Assembly: GCA_050575255.1 (NCBI GenBank)
Contig: JBNZDD010013649.1
Coordinates: 1,752,487-1,816,486, forward strand
DNA length: 64,000 nucleotides
Direction of reading: 5' to 3'
From: Harriotta raleighana
Taxonomy: Eukaryota
The notes under the pieces were generated by a model. The model worked only from the letters and a program-made list of their open reading frames with translations, was not told the origin of the DNA and did not search any database. Positions within the stretch are counted from its first letter, which is position 1. Each line of letters opens with the position of its first letter. Below are positions 10,470-22,405 of the stretch, one piece after another. Both the position numbers and the translations under genes were made by a program.

Positions 10470-11000
10470 ATGTTGCACCATCAGAGGTGCAGTCCTTCAA
10501 TGAGACATTATAAACCTGACTGTCTGTTCAGGTGGTCGGTAAAGAACTTGTGGGACTATACTTAGTCCTTGCTTAACGTCGCAGCTATGTTCATGGAAAG
10601 TGCGACTTTAAGCGAAACGACGTTAACTGAACCCATGCAGGTACATTGGACGTTCAGCGTACACCTAGGCTACACAAAGTAGTTCATTTCCACCCCCGTG
10701 AACCAAGTAACAGTGAATGTCGCGACGTTGAATGAATATATGTTCCCCTATGCATCAGCAACGTAATATGAAACAGCATTGACCAAAGCAACGTTAAGCG
10801 AGGTCTACCTGTATCTGAAAAGGTGAAACAAGGAGTGGGGAATTCCTCTGGGGTTCCTGGTCAACAATTCTCAAGATAAAGTGGATCGCTCACTCCATGG
10901 CTGTTTGTTGTATGGCACATTGTTGTGATCAAATTGAGCACAAAAACAGTCACTCCACTCAGCAGTAAATCCTGCAATGCACTTTGAGATTGACCAGTGG
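10470..11000 (+). mobile_element. Old Deu-domain SINE interrupted by a MITE
   Basis: gaggtgc..tcctt..atgagacatta..tgtctgttcaggtgg..taaaga...cctggtcaacaatt, then the shared SINE 3' body. Confidence 0.7.
10561..10811. mobile_element. pogo/Tigger-type MITE with degenerate TIRs
   Basis: Left end cttagtccttgcttaacgtcg versus right-end reverse complement caggtagacctcgcttaacgttg; TA on both sides. Confidence 0.7.
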
Positions 11001-13179
11001 GAATACCAACTCGGAGTGGAGCTCCATGAAGTCAGATGATGTGCACTCTGCACTTCCAGTGACTGCGTGGATACTCAATCAGACTTTTTAATTTAAGAAA
11101 TAACGCAAAATTTAACCCAAAGGGCTGATGCGACAGGATATGTCTTTAAAATTAATTTTGAAGGTTTCCGAAGCCTAGATTCAGCATTTGCACTGCTGTC
11201 TATATGTAGCTGCCACAGATTTTGCACCTGTTACCTTCCCCTTTTCTCCATCCCTCCTGATCCCAACCACACCTGGGTTCCTGACTAGCCAGCACTTTAG
11301 GATGTCCTCCCGACATGAAAGGCAGTGTATAAATGTGATTTCTTTCAATTGTTGTTGTATTCTTTGTTACATTTGCAGTATATTAAATCTATTACTTTGA
11401 GAACTGAGATATCAATTTTTCCTTTCATCAGAATAGTGATCAGTGTTTGAATTTGTGAATTTCTGCCCACAATATATTCTTATCCAATTCCCTGACATGT
11501 TTTACACTGTTACATTCGCAGGATATTTGGAATATCATTCTGCTCTTGTCAAAATCCTTTTGTCAAAGCTAATAGTGTGTTGCTTCTATTAAGTATCATT
11601 ATCATTGAGTACATTTATGTTTATAGTAAAGTGACTATTCATGCGACATGTCTCTCACAAATCATTCTGAGTGCCTCAGTAAACTCAACAAACTGAAAAC
11701 AGATAGACTACACTTTACAGTAAATCCTCTTGCAGAACTTTGAGCTATTTTGATGGTGCAATAAAGCTACATAAGTATCAAATGCAGGCATTATTATCAA
11801 CACCCATTGATTGATCAGAAAATTATAGAAATTACAGCTTGGAAGGAAGCCATTTGGCCCTTTGAGCTTACTTGTGATGTTGACATTAAAGATGCAACGA
11901 CAATATTTTGGAAAAAGAAAGTGAAAAAAAGTGTCCTGACCAACAATGCTCTGTATGAAATCAGCTCACAATTTATCTGTTGTTTGCCTACAAATATATA
12001 GTCACTACACTTTCTGCAGAAATTCCATGTGAAGTACTTTGAGAAGTTTATAGGTCCTATATCAAATGCAAGGGTTATTATCATGCGGCATAACAAGTCT
12101 GGACGTGGAAAGAAGCCAGGGTATTGCTAAACAGAATAGATATTTGATCATTTTTGAATAACAATCCAAGTGGATCAACACACAGAAACTTGGGTTTCAA
12201 TTGCAAGTTCTGAGGTTATCTTTCATAAACCATCAGGAACAGCACAATATGAGAACTTGGATTTTTTATGGAGTTTAGTTTAGATTCCTTGTTGTGCTCT
12301 CAGGGATGTGCCTGGCGCAGACAGCCGATACAAATCCCACAAGACGATATCATTTACAGCTGCAAAAGGAAGTGAGCGAGCTCAGTAGGATACGACATGG
12401 AAGTGATAAGTGTCAAGGAAACCTAGCACTTTTGAAACATGTTATCTGATCCAACACCTAGCTATAGATTTATGTGTCCATTGCAGCATTTTATTTCAAC
12501 TGTGTGACTTTATTGTGCCACGAAACATTATTTGTGACACTCTGGCAATAGATAACATAATTGATGTGACATAATATCCACTATTATCTTACATTTGTCT
12601 GCTTGAAAACAATGAGGGTTTGTCATTCAGGCAGAGGCTAGTCTCTGCTCACTTGTGGATTAATCACCCTGGCCAATGTGATTACTCAACCTGGAAAGCA
12701 CCTTTTACCCCATTTTGCAGGTGAAACATTGCATTTTCATTCTGCTCCCTCTCCTGAACTAGTTAGACTAATTTTTTCCCTCTGCGGAGTACAGTTGTAT
12801 CTCCTTTGAATGCCTGTTCAAGTTCGAGCCTAGACATTGGCAGGCTGTCGAAATCATGTCTGAGCCCAATTCTGTTCTCACCCACTATGCACACTTGAGC
12901 TGAGGGTAGGATTGTGCTTATCTCTGATGGATCCTGTGGTCAAATAGTCTATGATGCTCTTTGTCTAAGTTCGCTCATGCAGAATGTGCCCACTCAGGCG
13001 TAGGACAGGAAAAGGCTTTGGTGACTGCGGAACTACAGTTCAACCTGAGCCACGCTCTTCAGGAAAAGAGAAAAAATTGAGAAAGGGAAAAAAGAAAATG
13101 AACAACAATTTACATGTGTATTTGTATAGTTCTTTTCATTGTAAGAAGAACACCTTGAAAGTACTTCCAAAAAAAGATA

Positions 13180-13610
13180 TAATAATAATCCCTGCGTTTG
13201 ATATTGAACTTTCATATCAGTAGGACTTCTGGAAGCACTTCACAGGATATATGAGACGTATTCTGATTGTGTGTATTATAGGCAAACCCAACAGTCAATT
13301 TGCACACAGATATGATCCATAAATTGCTATGAAGTGAATGACCAATTTTATCTGAGGGATAATTGGCTATGACACCAACCAGGAGAAACTCCCTTCTCTT
13401 TTAGAATAGTGCCAGAGAACTGTAACACTCATCTGAACAAGCAACAAGACCCTCAGATTAATGTATCATCCAAAGGACAGCATTTTGGAGCATACTCTAG
13501 GAGTATTGGCCTAGGTTTATCAGTTCAAAGCCTTCACACGGGGTTACAATCAACACCTTCTGACTTAGAGATGGGAGCTCAGAGAAGGATCACTGCACTG
13601 TGAACGGAAG
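13180..13610 (-). mobile_element. Old Deu-domain SINE
   Basis: Reverse-complement tail, body, aatagtgcca..., cctcag.ttaatgt.tcatccaaaggacagca and a tRNA-like head. Confidence 0.7.
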
Positions 13611-14717
13611 AAACTGAGAGTGTAAACTAAAGGTCTCGGCCAGAGATACCATTCAAGATAGTTTTTAAAGCAGGGATAGATGTTGGAAGGCGAAGGGAAT
13701 TTTGTGAGTGTTCCAGAAAGTATTTGTGGATGGGGGAAGAGTCCTTGAGCCTTTGTCACCAATATTGGGAAGTTGGCAGAGAGAAATGAGCAGTAGTCAG
13801 AATAGCAAGAGGGCAAATTCAGAGTGAAAACGAGGCAAAATAATATTTTTTTTAAAATTAGTAAGAGTTCAGTAGTCTGGGTTTGCTGTTTCAGGAAGTG
13901 ATATCCTATAGCTTCTATGTAAAGAATATCACAATGAACCTTTTTTTGGTGAGTTGCTCCTGTTTAATGTTTTTACAACTCACGTTGCACCATTTTTAAT
14001 TCACACATTTCCTTTTTTTCAAAGGAAACGCCGCCACTCATGCTTATGATGTGTCAGTAGGAGGTTAATGAAAAATTATGTTTATCAGCCCAGCAACTCC
14101 CTGTAATTGCAAGCTCACCACTGGTACAATGACAGATGGTTGGTACTGACCATCAAGATATTTTCAAAGATGTAATCAAACCACCCATTGAGGAGCTATG
14201 GAGCCTATGAGAATTTGGGATTTTATTGCATTGCTTGAAAATTCAAAACACGGTGTTGTAGCTTAAAGTGCAGTAGACTTTGGGGGATTTTGGAGCAATG
14301 TCATTTCTTTTTAGAGCACCAGCATTCGGGTAATTGCGCTTCAGTGGTTACCGGGTACTCGGTTCTTGAAATCTGTCTTGATAGAGCTGATGAGATTCAA
14401 GTTACACGTCAATAAATCGGTCGTATCCTATTACTGGCCCCTACGGGGTCTTAATCGTTTTACCTCAATGCTAATTGACGCCTCACCAGGAATATTAATT
14501 GGAATTCATGCTAATGATGACTCTTTGCATGCAATTCCCTAAACTTGCCACAAAACAATCATAGAACAATAGTTCTCCCATCGGGAGACCAGAATCCTTA
14601 AAAAACAAATTTGTAACCTCGGATAAACAGGAGAGGAAACACTACGACCAAGACTTAATCTGACTAGTCTTATTCTATTAATCAATCCGTTAATTTTGCC
14701 AACTGTGTTCTATTTGT

Positions 14718-14945
14718 GGAGTTCTGTATCTCAGTGGTTAGAGCACTCACCTTACAAACGAGAGAACTAGGTTCGATTTGAGGCGGTGCCAAACCTTGGG
14801 CAACTTTCCTTACTCCACACTCCTAATAATAACCTCTATATATTCCAAAATTGGTTATTTCAATCCACAATTGTTTGTGGGGTACTGCTGGGCACAATTG
14901 GCTGCTGCATTTCACTCACATATATACAGTCAATTCACTTCACAG
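14718..14945 (+). mobile_element. tRNA-derived SINE lacking its tail
   Basis: ggagttctgtatctcagtggttagagcactc...ggttcgatt head plus body. Confidence 0.88.
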
Positions 14946-15429
14946 TTTTCTTCTGATAATTTTCAGAACACAATTTGCTTGATTTTCCCTTTTTATTCTT
15001 ATCTTATTCTGTTCTTTGTGTAGTGCTGTAATGTATTGGTTAAAACAATTGCCTCTCAAGGGAGTGGGCCTGGCTTCAATTCCCTGACAGAGTGAAAGCT
15101 TGGGAAATTTGCTTGTTCTACACACCTCTGTTTCCCTAGCGGTAATTTGGAACTCGGTTGTCAAGTTGATTGGCAGTTCGCTTTCTGGGGCTCTGAATGA
15201 CACAACTGTAATATTCTCCTAAACTTTGTTGTAGATAATGCTGAGGTTCAGAGTCTTACTAACCTTCTCTTTCTAGTGCCTGATTGTCGTGTTGTGTCGC
15301 TGAATACTCGGTAAAGGTTCAGTGCCTTTTTTCTAACTGTTCCACATACAACAACATCACAACAGTAAAATTACATTGATAGAGAGCTTTTCACGTTGGG
15401 AGGACATGATCCTTCTACGATCCAAAATA

Positions 15430-15877
15430 CAGTAAAACCCTGTTTATCTGCCATCCACAGGACCTGGCCCGTGGCGGTTAAACAGTTTTCCGGTTGAACG
15501 TTTTTTTTAAAAAAAGTTTAAAATTTTTAAAAGAAAAGAAAATTATTTTAATATACAGCATATTAACAATAGACCAAATAATAACAGAATATTGTATTAG
15601 CACTTTTTTTATTTTTACTTAACTTCGCAATGGCAGCCCTCACCCGACGGAGGTAAAAAAAAACATGACTTTTAAAAGGAGCAGGAGCAAGTTGAGACCC
15701 AACTAGCGGCCAGCCACGAGTACCTGCACCAGTACTCGCGTGTGACAGTCGATTCATTAAATGCGTCATCACTATTTGATGGATAACTTTCAGTTCATCG
15801 AATCGGGACTTTTTTTTTGAGATGGCGGGTAATGGATTTTTCAGTGCACCGAGTCACGGATAAACAAGGTTTTACTG
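15430..15877. mobile_element. Tc1/mariner-pogo type MITE, family A (CAGTAAAA termini)
   Basis: 19-bp TIR cagtaaaacc(c/t)tgtttatc with one mismatch; TA duplication at 15428-29 and 15878-79. Confidence 0.92.
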
Positions 15878-16864
15878 TAGTAGAAATATTTCCCAGTAGT
15901 AACGTTTCCTGAACTGGTAATGGGAGGCTTGGTGGTTCCTCTTCAGTTCCACTTGATATTCCTATCACAGTACTGCTCTAACCTCATGCTACTTTTTAGT
16001 AGGTGCTTAGGTTGACATAACTACCCTTCTCAGTTATCTCTGAAGGCAAAATTCATCCTCTGTGGAATCAAATGATAGTGGGATTTTTCTATACAATCAT
16101 TGCATTGTGCAGCAGCACACATCCAAATCCTGTAGGAAATTGATCGAATCCTATGATCTTTCTGACTCTGAAGAATTCTAAAATTTCCTAGGCAAATGCT
16201 TTCAGTAATGATGTGACCTCTAGTGCTTTGTTTTAACAAAACATTAAGCCAATTGAGTGTTCTGTATCCGGTCAAGTAATTTTGTCAGTTGATTTCCACT
16301 TCAGCTGTATAATTTGTTGAACAAGAATACATTGTCATTTAGTCAATAATAATATAATTTTTAATAAACAATAAATGAATACATTAATAAAACATGCTTC
16401 GGGGATAGAGAATCATTCAAATCATTCAAACCATTAGAAAGTACAGTATCTAACTTGATAAAGAAGGCAGTTTGGGAAACTGGATTCAACCAGCGAAAGA
16501 CCATGTAGATGGGAGACTCAAAGTGGTTGGTCAGTTAGCATGTGATAAGGATTTAGAATATAGGTTTTATACTGGCTTTTGGCTTTTTAGTTAGTCACTA
16601 TATTTGTACATCCTTTGTTCAAACATATGATTTAAAAAAAAAAAAAATTACTCCAATTAAGAGAACTGAGCACATAGTGTTTTTAACTACCCTTGTAGCA
16701 GAGTTTCATCAGTAATTTTCTCAGTAATTGAAGTATTCAACACTACTTACACATTAAAACAATACTAAAAGTGCGGTATCATTTCTGGTTTAGTGCCATT
16801 AATTAGATTTTCAGTCCTGCCACCAAGTTTGTATCCAGAAGGTGCTTTGCGAATCATTTGACTT

Positions 16865-17050
16865 GGAGTCTTGTAGTGTATCCTGGAGTAATCCCTTCAA
16901 TGATAATGAGAAGAAGGATTTGGTCACTCATTCTTCAACTATTTGTGGGTCATTGCTGTGTGCAGTTCACTTTACCATGTATCCTGTGAAGTGCTTAAGA
17001 TATCTCAATGACGTGGTAAAGAGCTATATCATATGCAAGAATTATTATTA
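16865..17050 (+). mobile_element. Internally deleted SINE
   Basis: Head remnant ggagtcttgtag, partial body and tail ...atatcatatgcaagaattattatta. Confidence 0.7.
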
Positions 17051-17052
17051 TC

Positions 17053-17181
17053 TTTTCAGACGAAGGGTCATACACCCGAAACGTTGACTCACTTTTCCTT
17101 TCGTCATAGATGCTGCCTGACCTGCCAAGGCTCCTAGCAATCTGTTTTTGTTTCAGATTTCCAGCATCTGCATTGCATTTT
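17053..17181 (+). mobile_element. Second copy of the Penelope-type hammerhead element
   Basis: CAGACGA A GGGTC ATA CACCC GAAA CGTT GACT followed by gatgctgcctgacctg...tttcagatttccagcatctgca; homologous to the reverse complement of 8765-8900. Confidence 0.72.
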
Positions 17182-19069
17182 TGCAAGGATTATTATATTA
17201 TTATTATTCAGCTGTAATCTGAACTGAATTTTATTACAGCGAATTCGACTTTAGCATATTTCATTTTAACCTTAAGAGTTTCATAAAGTTATAAGAAAGG
17301 TGAGTGCACATCAGATGAAACCCACACATGTGCTCTCTCTCATGAGGCCCTGCTTTCCCTGAACGCGGTCCCTGATGAGGGTCATTCAGAGCAGATATAA
17401 TAACTGCAGTTTCAGGAAGCGATGTCCTGTAGCTTCTATAGTAGCACTGGGAAATAAATCAGCCTGTCACATCTAGACAGATAAAACAGGTTAGATTCTT
17501 TAATCGATTTACTTTAGTTAGTTGAATACAGTGTTTACATTGCCATATATCTGTAGCACAAAACCCCCATAGGCTCTGGGTATTTATCAAGTCCCCCCTG
17601 TTTGTGTGACCATTAGTGTAAGTGAAAGGGAATGAATCCAGGTCTGCTGTTACATGGCCATAAAGTGATTTATTCAAAACCAGAAAAGAATGTTGATTTA
17701 TTTTCTCAACCCCCTGAGAAGGCAGACAGACTCCTCTCGAACAGCAAGGGGTGCTTTTCAGCCACTCAACAGGAGGTCCATGAGACTTGCCCACCTATTT
17801 TGCTTCCCACCCAGTAGGAAGTGTTTGCCCTCCACAGGATGTCTCCTCTTTCTCTCTCTCTAATCCTCGCCCCCCCATGTCTGAACTCACAACTACCTGG
17901 GAAACTCTGGATTCAAATCAGAGTTAATTGGCTACTGTCAGAAATGAATTTTGAAACATGAGGTGATCATTTAATTTATATTTACAGGCTCCTTTTAACA
18001 ATTTTAAGAAAAAAATGAAAGATTATAATAATCCTTGTATACAATCCAAAACTTTTCATGTCAGGAGGATGTTAATGCAGGCTATCTTCCCTCCGGTTGG
18101 ATTACAAAGGTCAAAGCAACCAAAGTCGTCACTTCCATTTATTTTCAGGAGATTTTATTTTCAGCCGGACAATGAGCGACCATCTCTCAGGCTCAGAGGC
18201 ATCTCCGAGACAGTTAGGCTGCGGATGTAGCTTTTTTTGCAACCCTTGTAGCAGATTTTCATCAGTAATTTTGATGCTCCCGGCTTCAGCGAACCACAGG
18301 AAACAAAAAGTGGGAATGATGGCATAGCTTTACAGTGTTGCTATCCGGACGGACTCCCAATTCTGTTCTGACCATGAACCATTGTGACATTCCTTTAAAG
18401 ACAATTAAAGCCTTTTTTCTCTGTACTTGCGTACAGCTCCATTCAGTGCATTACCCATTATTTCACTGTTGAGTCTTGACAGTGATTGTCATCAGGTTAT
18501 TCCACCACAGTCACCACAGAGAGCCTCACCCGATGATAACAATAATAATAATAATCATCGTATACTGTACTAATGCTTGCATTTGATACAGCAACTTGTC
18601 AAGACGTCTCGTAGCGCTTCACAGAATACATTGTAAAGTGGAGTGACTGTGTATTTGGGCTGAAGTGTCTGTCTGCCTTGCAAGAAATTCAGGGTAGTGA
18701 TCTGAAGCAGGAACTCTGACTCTAACCCAGGCTGCTTGCTTGAAGCCAACTGCTCAAACCCAATTGAGATCAGCCAGAGTAGTGAGCTGATCTCTGTTGG
18801 GGTTCTGTGTTTTGCTAAGCTGCATTGATCGGGCTGGGATTTTTAACTCTCTGGGCCTCAATGGAGCATTTTGTTTTAAATTTTCCAGTTGCAGATGTGA
18901 GAAGAGTCAATGTCGAGAAAATCTCCAAACAGTGCACCCATTTCACCACCAGCAAAGGCCACACAGGCTGCTGTTACCTTCAGATGAAAGGTCGAGACCT
19001 ATCTTGGGAAGTCTCTGACCTTGGATGTATCAAAGGCAAGCAGCAGAGAAGTAGCTGCGCTGTGCTATA

Positions 19070-19746
19070 CAGGCAGTCCTCAAGTTACGTCAGAGTTAGG
19101 TTCCTAAGATGTGGTGTAAGTCGAATTTGTATGTAAGTCGAGTCACCCCCCTATAATGCTTACAGTAACATACAGTGATTGGTTGTAGTGTATAGTGAGC
19201 TGCCCTCTCTCCCCTGCACCCCTCCTAATATGTACAGTACTGTAAATAAAATAAAATATTACTATGTACTTACATGGCTTCATTGTGAGTCTGGCACTCG
19301 ATGTAGTGCAACACAGGAGATCACACGTGATGTAGCGCAACACAGGAGATCACACGCGACGTAGCGCAACACAGGAGATCACACGCGACATAGCGCAACG
19401 CAGGAGATCACACGTGACGTAGCGCAACGCAGATCGCACGTGACGTAGCGCAGTCTAAAGGCTGGAGAGTACTGTACCGCCGAGCTCACAGACTCACACA
19501 GTACCTGTGCAGTACACACTCGCGTCTCGCCTCCATCCTGTTCCTGTCCTGAACACGTATCGTGGTCCCATAAGTGTTGAGAGCGGCGACTCCAGTTTTC
19601 TATCGTGCGTGGGGCAACAAAAGTATTTACATAGTAGTGTCGTAACTTCGAGACCTCGGATGTAACTCGGACATAATTTTACTGATTTTAAGTGTCGTAA
19701 CTTCGAATTGTCGTACCTCGAAACGTCGTAACTAGAGGACTGCCTG
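19070..19746. mobile_element. Tigger/pogo-type MITE, family B
   Basis: 20-bp TIR caggcagtcctc(a/t)agttacg; TA duplication at 19068-69 and 19747-48; subterminal gtcgtaacttcga / gtaagtcga repeats. Confidence 0.93.
19301..19452 (+). repeat. 29-bp minisatellite, about 5.3 copies
   Basis: Unit a(c/t)gtagcgcaacacaggagatcacacg(t/c)g starting at 19301, 19330, 19359, 19388, 19417 (shortened) and 19443 (partial). Confidence 0.95.
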
Positions 19747-19837
19747 TACACACATTGCAGTAGAATCCAGTTTCATTAAAACACTGGTTGATTTTACCGT
19801 GGACTGAAGCGGTTTGCTGATAGCGACCAGGTTCTTA

Positions 19838-19877
19838 GGCATTTTCTAGTGCCATTTTCTAGGCACTAGAAAATGCC
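19838..19877. repeat. Perfect 16-bp inverted repeat with an 8-nt loop
   Basis: ggcattttctagtgcc-attttcta-ggcactagaaaatgcc. Confidence 0.9.
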
Positions 19878-20264
19878 CTTTGTCAGGTTGAACGACCTGC
19901 ACCCCACCATTGGAGGTTGAGGTTCCAGTGACTACACCTAAAAACTCTGGAGAACTCTCCCCCAAACCCTCCACCTTGCCCCCCTCTCCCCCTGAAAACC
20001 TTCTTCTTCGACTGTGTTTCTAGCCACCTCCCCCCACCACCCCCACCTCAGTCAGACTCTGCCACTGTTAAATGTTCTGAATTGCTTTCCTGTATGAAGG
20101 GTGCTATATACGTGCACGTTTTGATGCTGCCAACATTACTTTGTGTTTGTGCATGATGCTGGAAGTTGGCTATGTTTTAGTGCCTGACATCAGCTAGCTT
20201 TCTGTGTCAGTGTGAATTTGACAGTGAATGTGAAAGTACTGAGGTTCCAGCCACTGTCACTAGG

Positions 20265-20781
20265 CGTGTACTCTCCCGCACCAGGCTTCATGACCACATC
20301 ACTCCCACCCTCGCCCGTCTCCACTGGCTCCCCATCCCCCAGAGGAACGAATTCAAGATCCTCATCCTTACCTACAAGGCCATTCACGGCCTTGCTCCCT
20401 CCTATCTCTCCGACCTACTATCCGCCTATCTACCTGCCCGTACCCTCCGTTCCTCTGTCTCTGGTCTGCTCCACATCCCCTGCCCTAACCGTCCTACCAT
20501 CGGCGGCCGGGCTTTCAGCCGCTCAGCCCCTAGGCTCTGGAACTCCATCCCCCAGTGCCTTCGCCTCACTTCCTCCCTTTCCTCTTTCAAGGCCGGTCTC
20601 AAGACCTTTCTCTTCGACCATGCCTTCAGCTCCCCTCTCGACTCTCTACCCCCTCCTCGCTCCCACCCTCCCCTCACCCTGAACATTTCCCCCTGTTCGG
20701 GTCCTAAACCAACTGTCCAGCACCTTGGGACGCCCTCCCGATGTGAAACGCGCTCTATAAATGCAATCTTGTTGTTGTTGT
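20265..20781 (+). mobile_element. Young L2 3' end (ORF2 C-terminus, UTR, (GTT)n tail)
   Basis: Open frame RVLSRTRLHDHITPTLARLHWLPIPQRNEFKILILTYKAIHGLAPSYLSDLL...LWNSIP...FKAGLKTFLF, then the 3' stem-loop and gttgttgttg. Confidence 0.93.
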
Positions 20782-22169
20782 ACTATCATTTTGCAATGAA
20801 ATGCAATTTTACATTGATATAGCACTTTTCACATAGCTGTGCACAAATGGGCTGCCTTGTTTGCCTACAAATATACACTCACTATATGATAGAGTACATC
20901 CAGTGAAGAGCTTTGACATGTTCTCTTAATGTGAAAGGTGGAACACCAAATGCAAAGATTATTTGATTTGCACCTATAAACCTGAATCATCTCACTTCAT
21001 AGTGCTTTGTAGGAAATTCCAATCAAATGCATAGACTATTCTTCTTGACAAACACAGTAGACCTTTTACTTGTAGCAAGTTTGCACATAATAGCCATGAA
21101 CTATCTGGAAGTTTGCATAAGAACCCATGCATGCATGCATTGCGATTGAACGTGCTGTCAATACTTAGGCCGAGTTTATTTATTTATGTAATCATACATG
21201 CCTAACTTGCTACTTCGGATACCTTGTCACTGAACCCCTTTCACCCGGAGCGACAAACTGTCAGTTTACTGTTTCACATCCGCTGATATTGTGGCCGACG
21301 TTATAATACACATCTTGTGTTTATCAGCAAATCACTTCAATGTACAGTATATTAGTTTCCTGATAAACAGAGGTGTAGCTGATCTAAAACTCTTGCCAGG
21401 AGATCCCGAAACACAATTGAGGCCAAAAAAAGGCACTTTCATTGTCATTTCTGCTGACAATCTGGGGTTTTGTTGATAAAGAGAACAAAAAGTCTGAGGA
21501 GACGGCATACTTTGAAAAGATCGGGATGTAAACACATTGCGTGTAACACCAAATTGACCTGTACCAAGTAATTACTGCGATTGTTTTGGGTTATACACAA
21601 TTTCAGATTACATTAACCTTGGAGCCTTGGCAGTCATTTCTTCATTATTTGTGCAATAATCAAACAATGGGTAATGTGTTTATAGTTATTGTTTTACACA
21701 GACTGCTCAGGATGGGAAGCTGTGTGTCACACACAATGTCATCCATGGCATGTGTGTGCTGGGTTGCTTACGCATCATTAAAAGAGCTCATTTTAAGCAG
21801 TATTCTTCAATAAAAATTGGACAAATATTGACCCTTGCATTTGATATAGCACTTTACCATCCTTAAAGACCTTCACTGAATTTTCTGCCCAGTATAGTTT
21901 AATGTATTTGTTTAAAAAAACATTCTATCTAGTGTGGCATGACATAGAAGGGGAGAGTTGTGAGTTTGAGAGTATTGAGCATTGGAGTTTCCCACAGTTG
22001 ATTAGGTTGTATGGGCACTTAATGCTCTTAAAAGGTTGTGCTTTTCAGAACTGGAAGCTCCATTAAAAAAGAACACAGGATGAAGAGACTATCATTCTTG
22101 ATGAATAGGTCACTCACATATCAACATGGAACATAACAATAGTACTTCTTGCATTTGATACAGTACCTT

Positions 22170-22405
22170 AATAATCCCTCCAAAAAACCCAACAATAATA
22201 AAAATTGGTCATTTCAATCCTCGACTGTTTGTGGGACACGGCTGTGCGCAATTGGCTGTCGCATTTTGCCCACAAATATACAGTCAATTCACTTTACAGT
22301 ATATTCTGTGAAGCACTTTGAGACATTTAGAAGACTTGAAACCACCATATCAATAATAATAATAATCCTTGCATTTGATATAGCGCTTTTCACATCTTAT
22401 CAGTC
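22170..22405. mobile_element. SINE body (+, 22170-22345) joined to an inverted SINE tail (-, 22352-22405)
   Basis: Body matches 3647-3963; followed immediately by aataataatccttgcatttgatatagcgc. Confidence 0.85.

Noticed and set aside
17372-17400. CTGATGA as another hammerhead or a C/D snoRNA box (also at about 14387, 50439 and 63580)
   Set aside because: No helix II followed by GAAA, and no properly placed D box with a terminal stem.
19301-19452. CRISPR-like array of 29-bp repeats
   Set aside because: Units are head to tail with no unique spacers, there are no cas genes, the context is vertebrate and the array lies inside a MITE.
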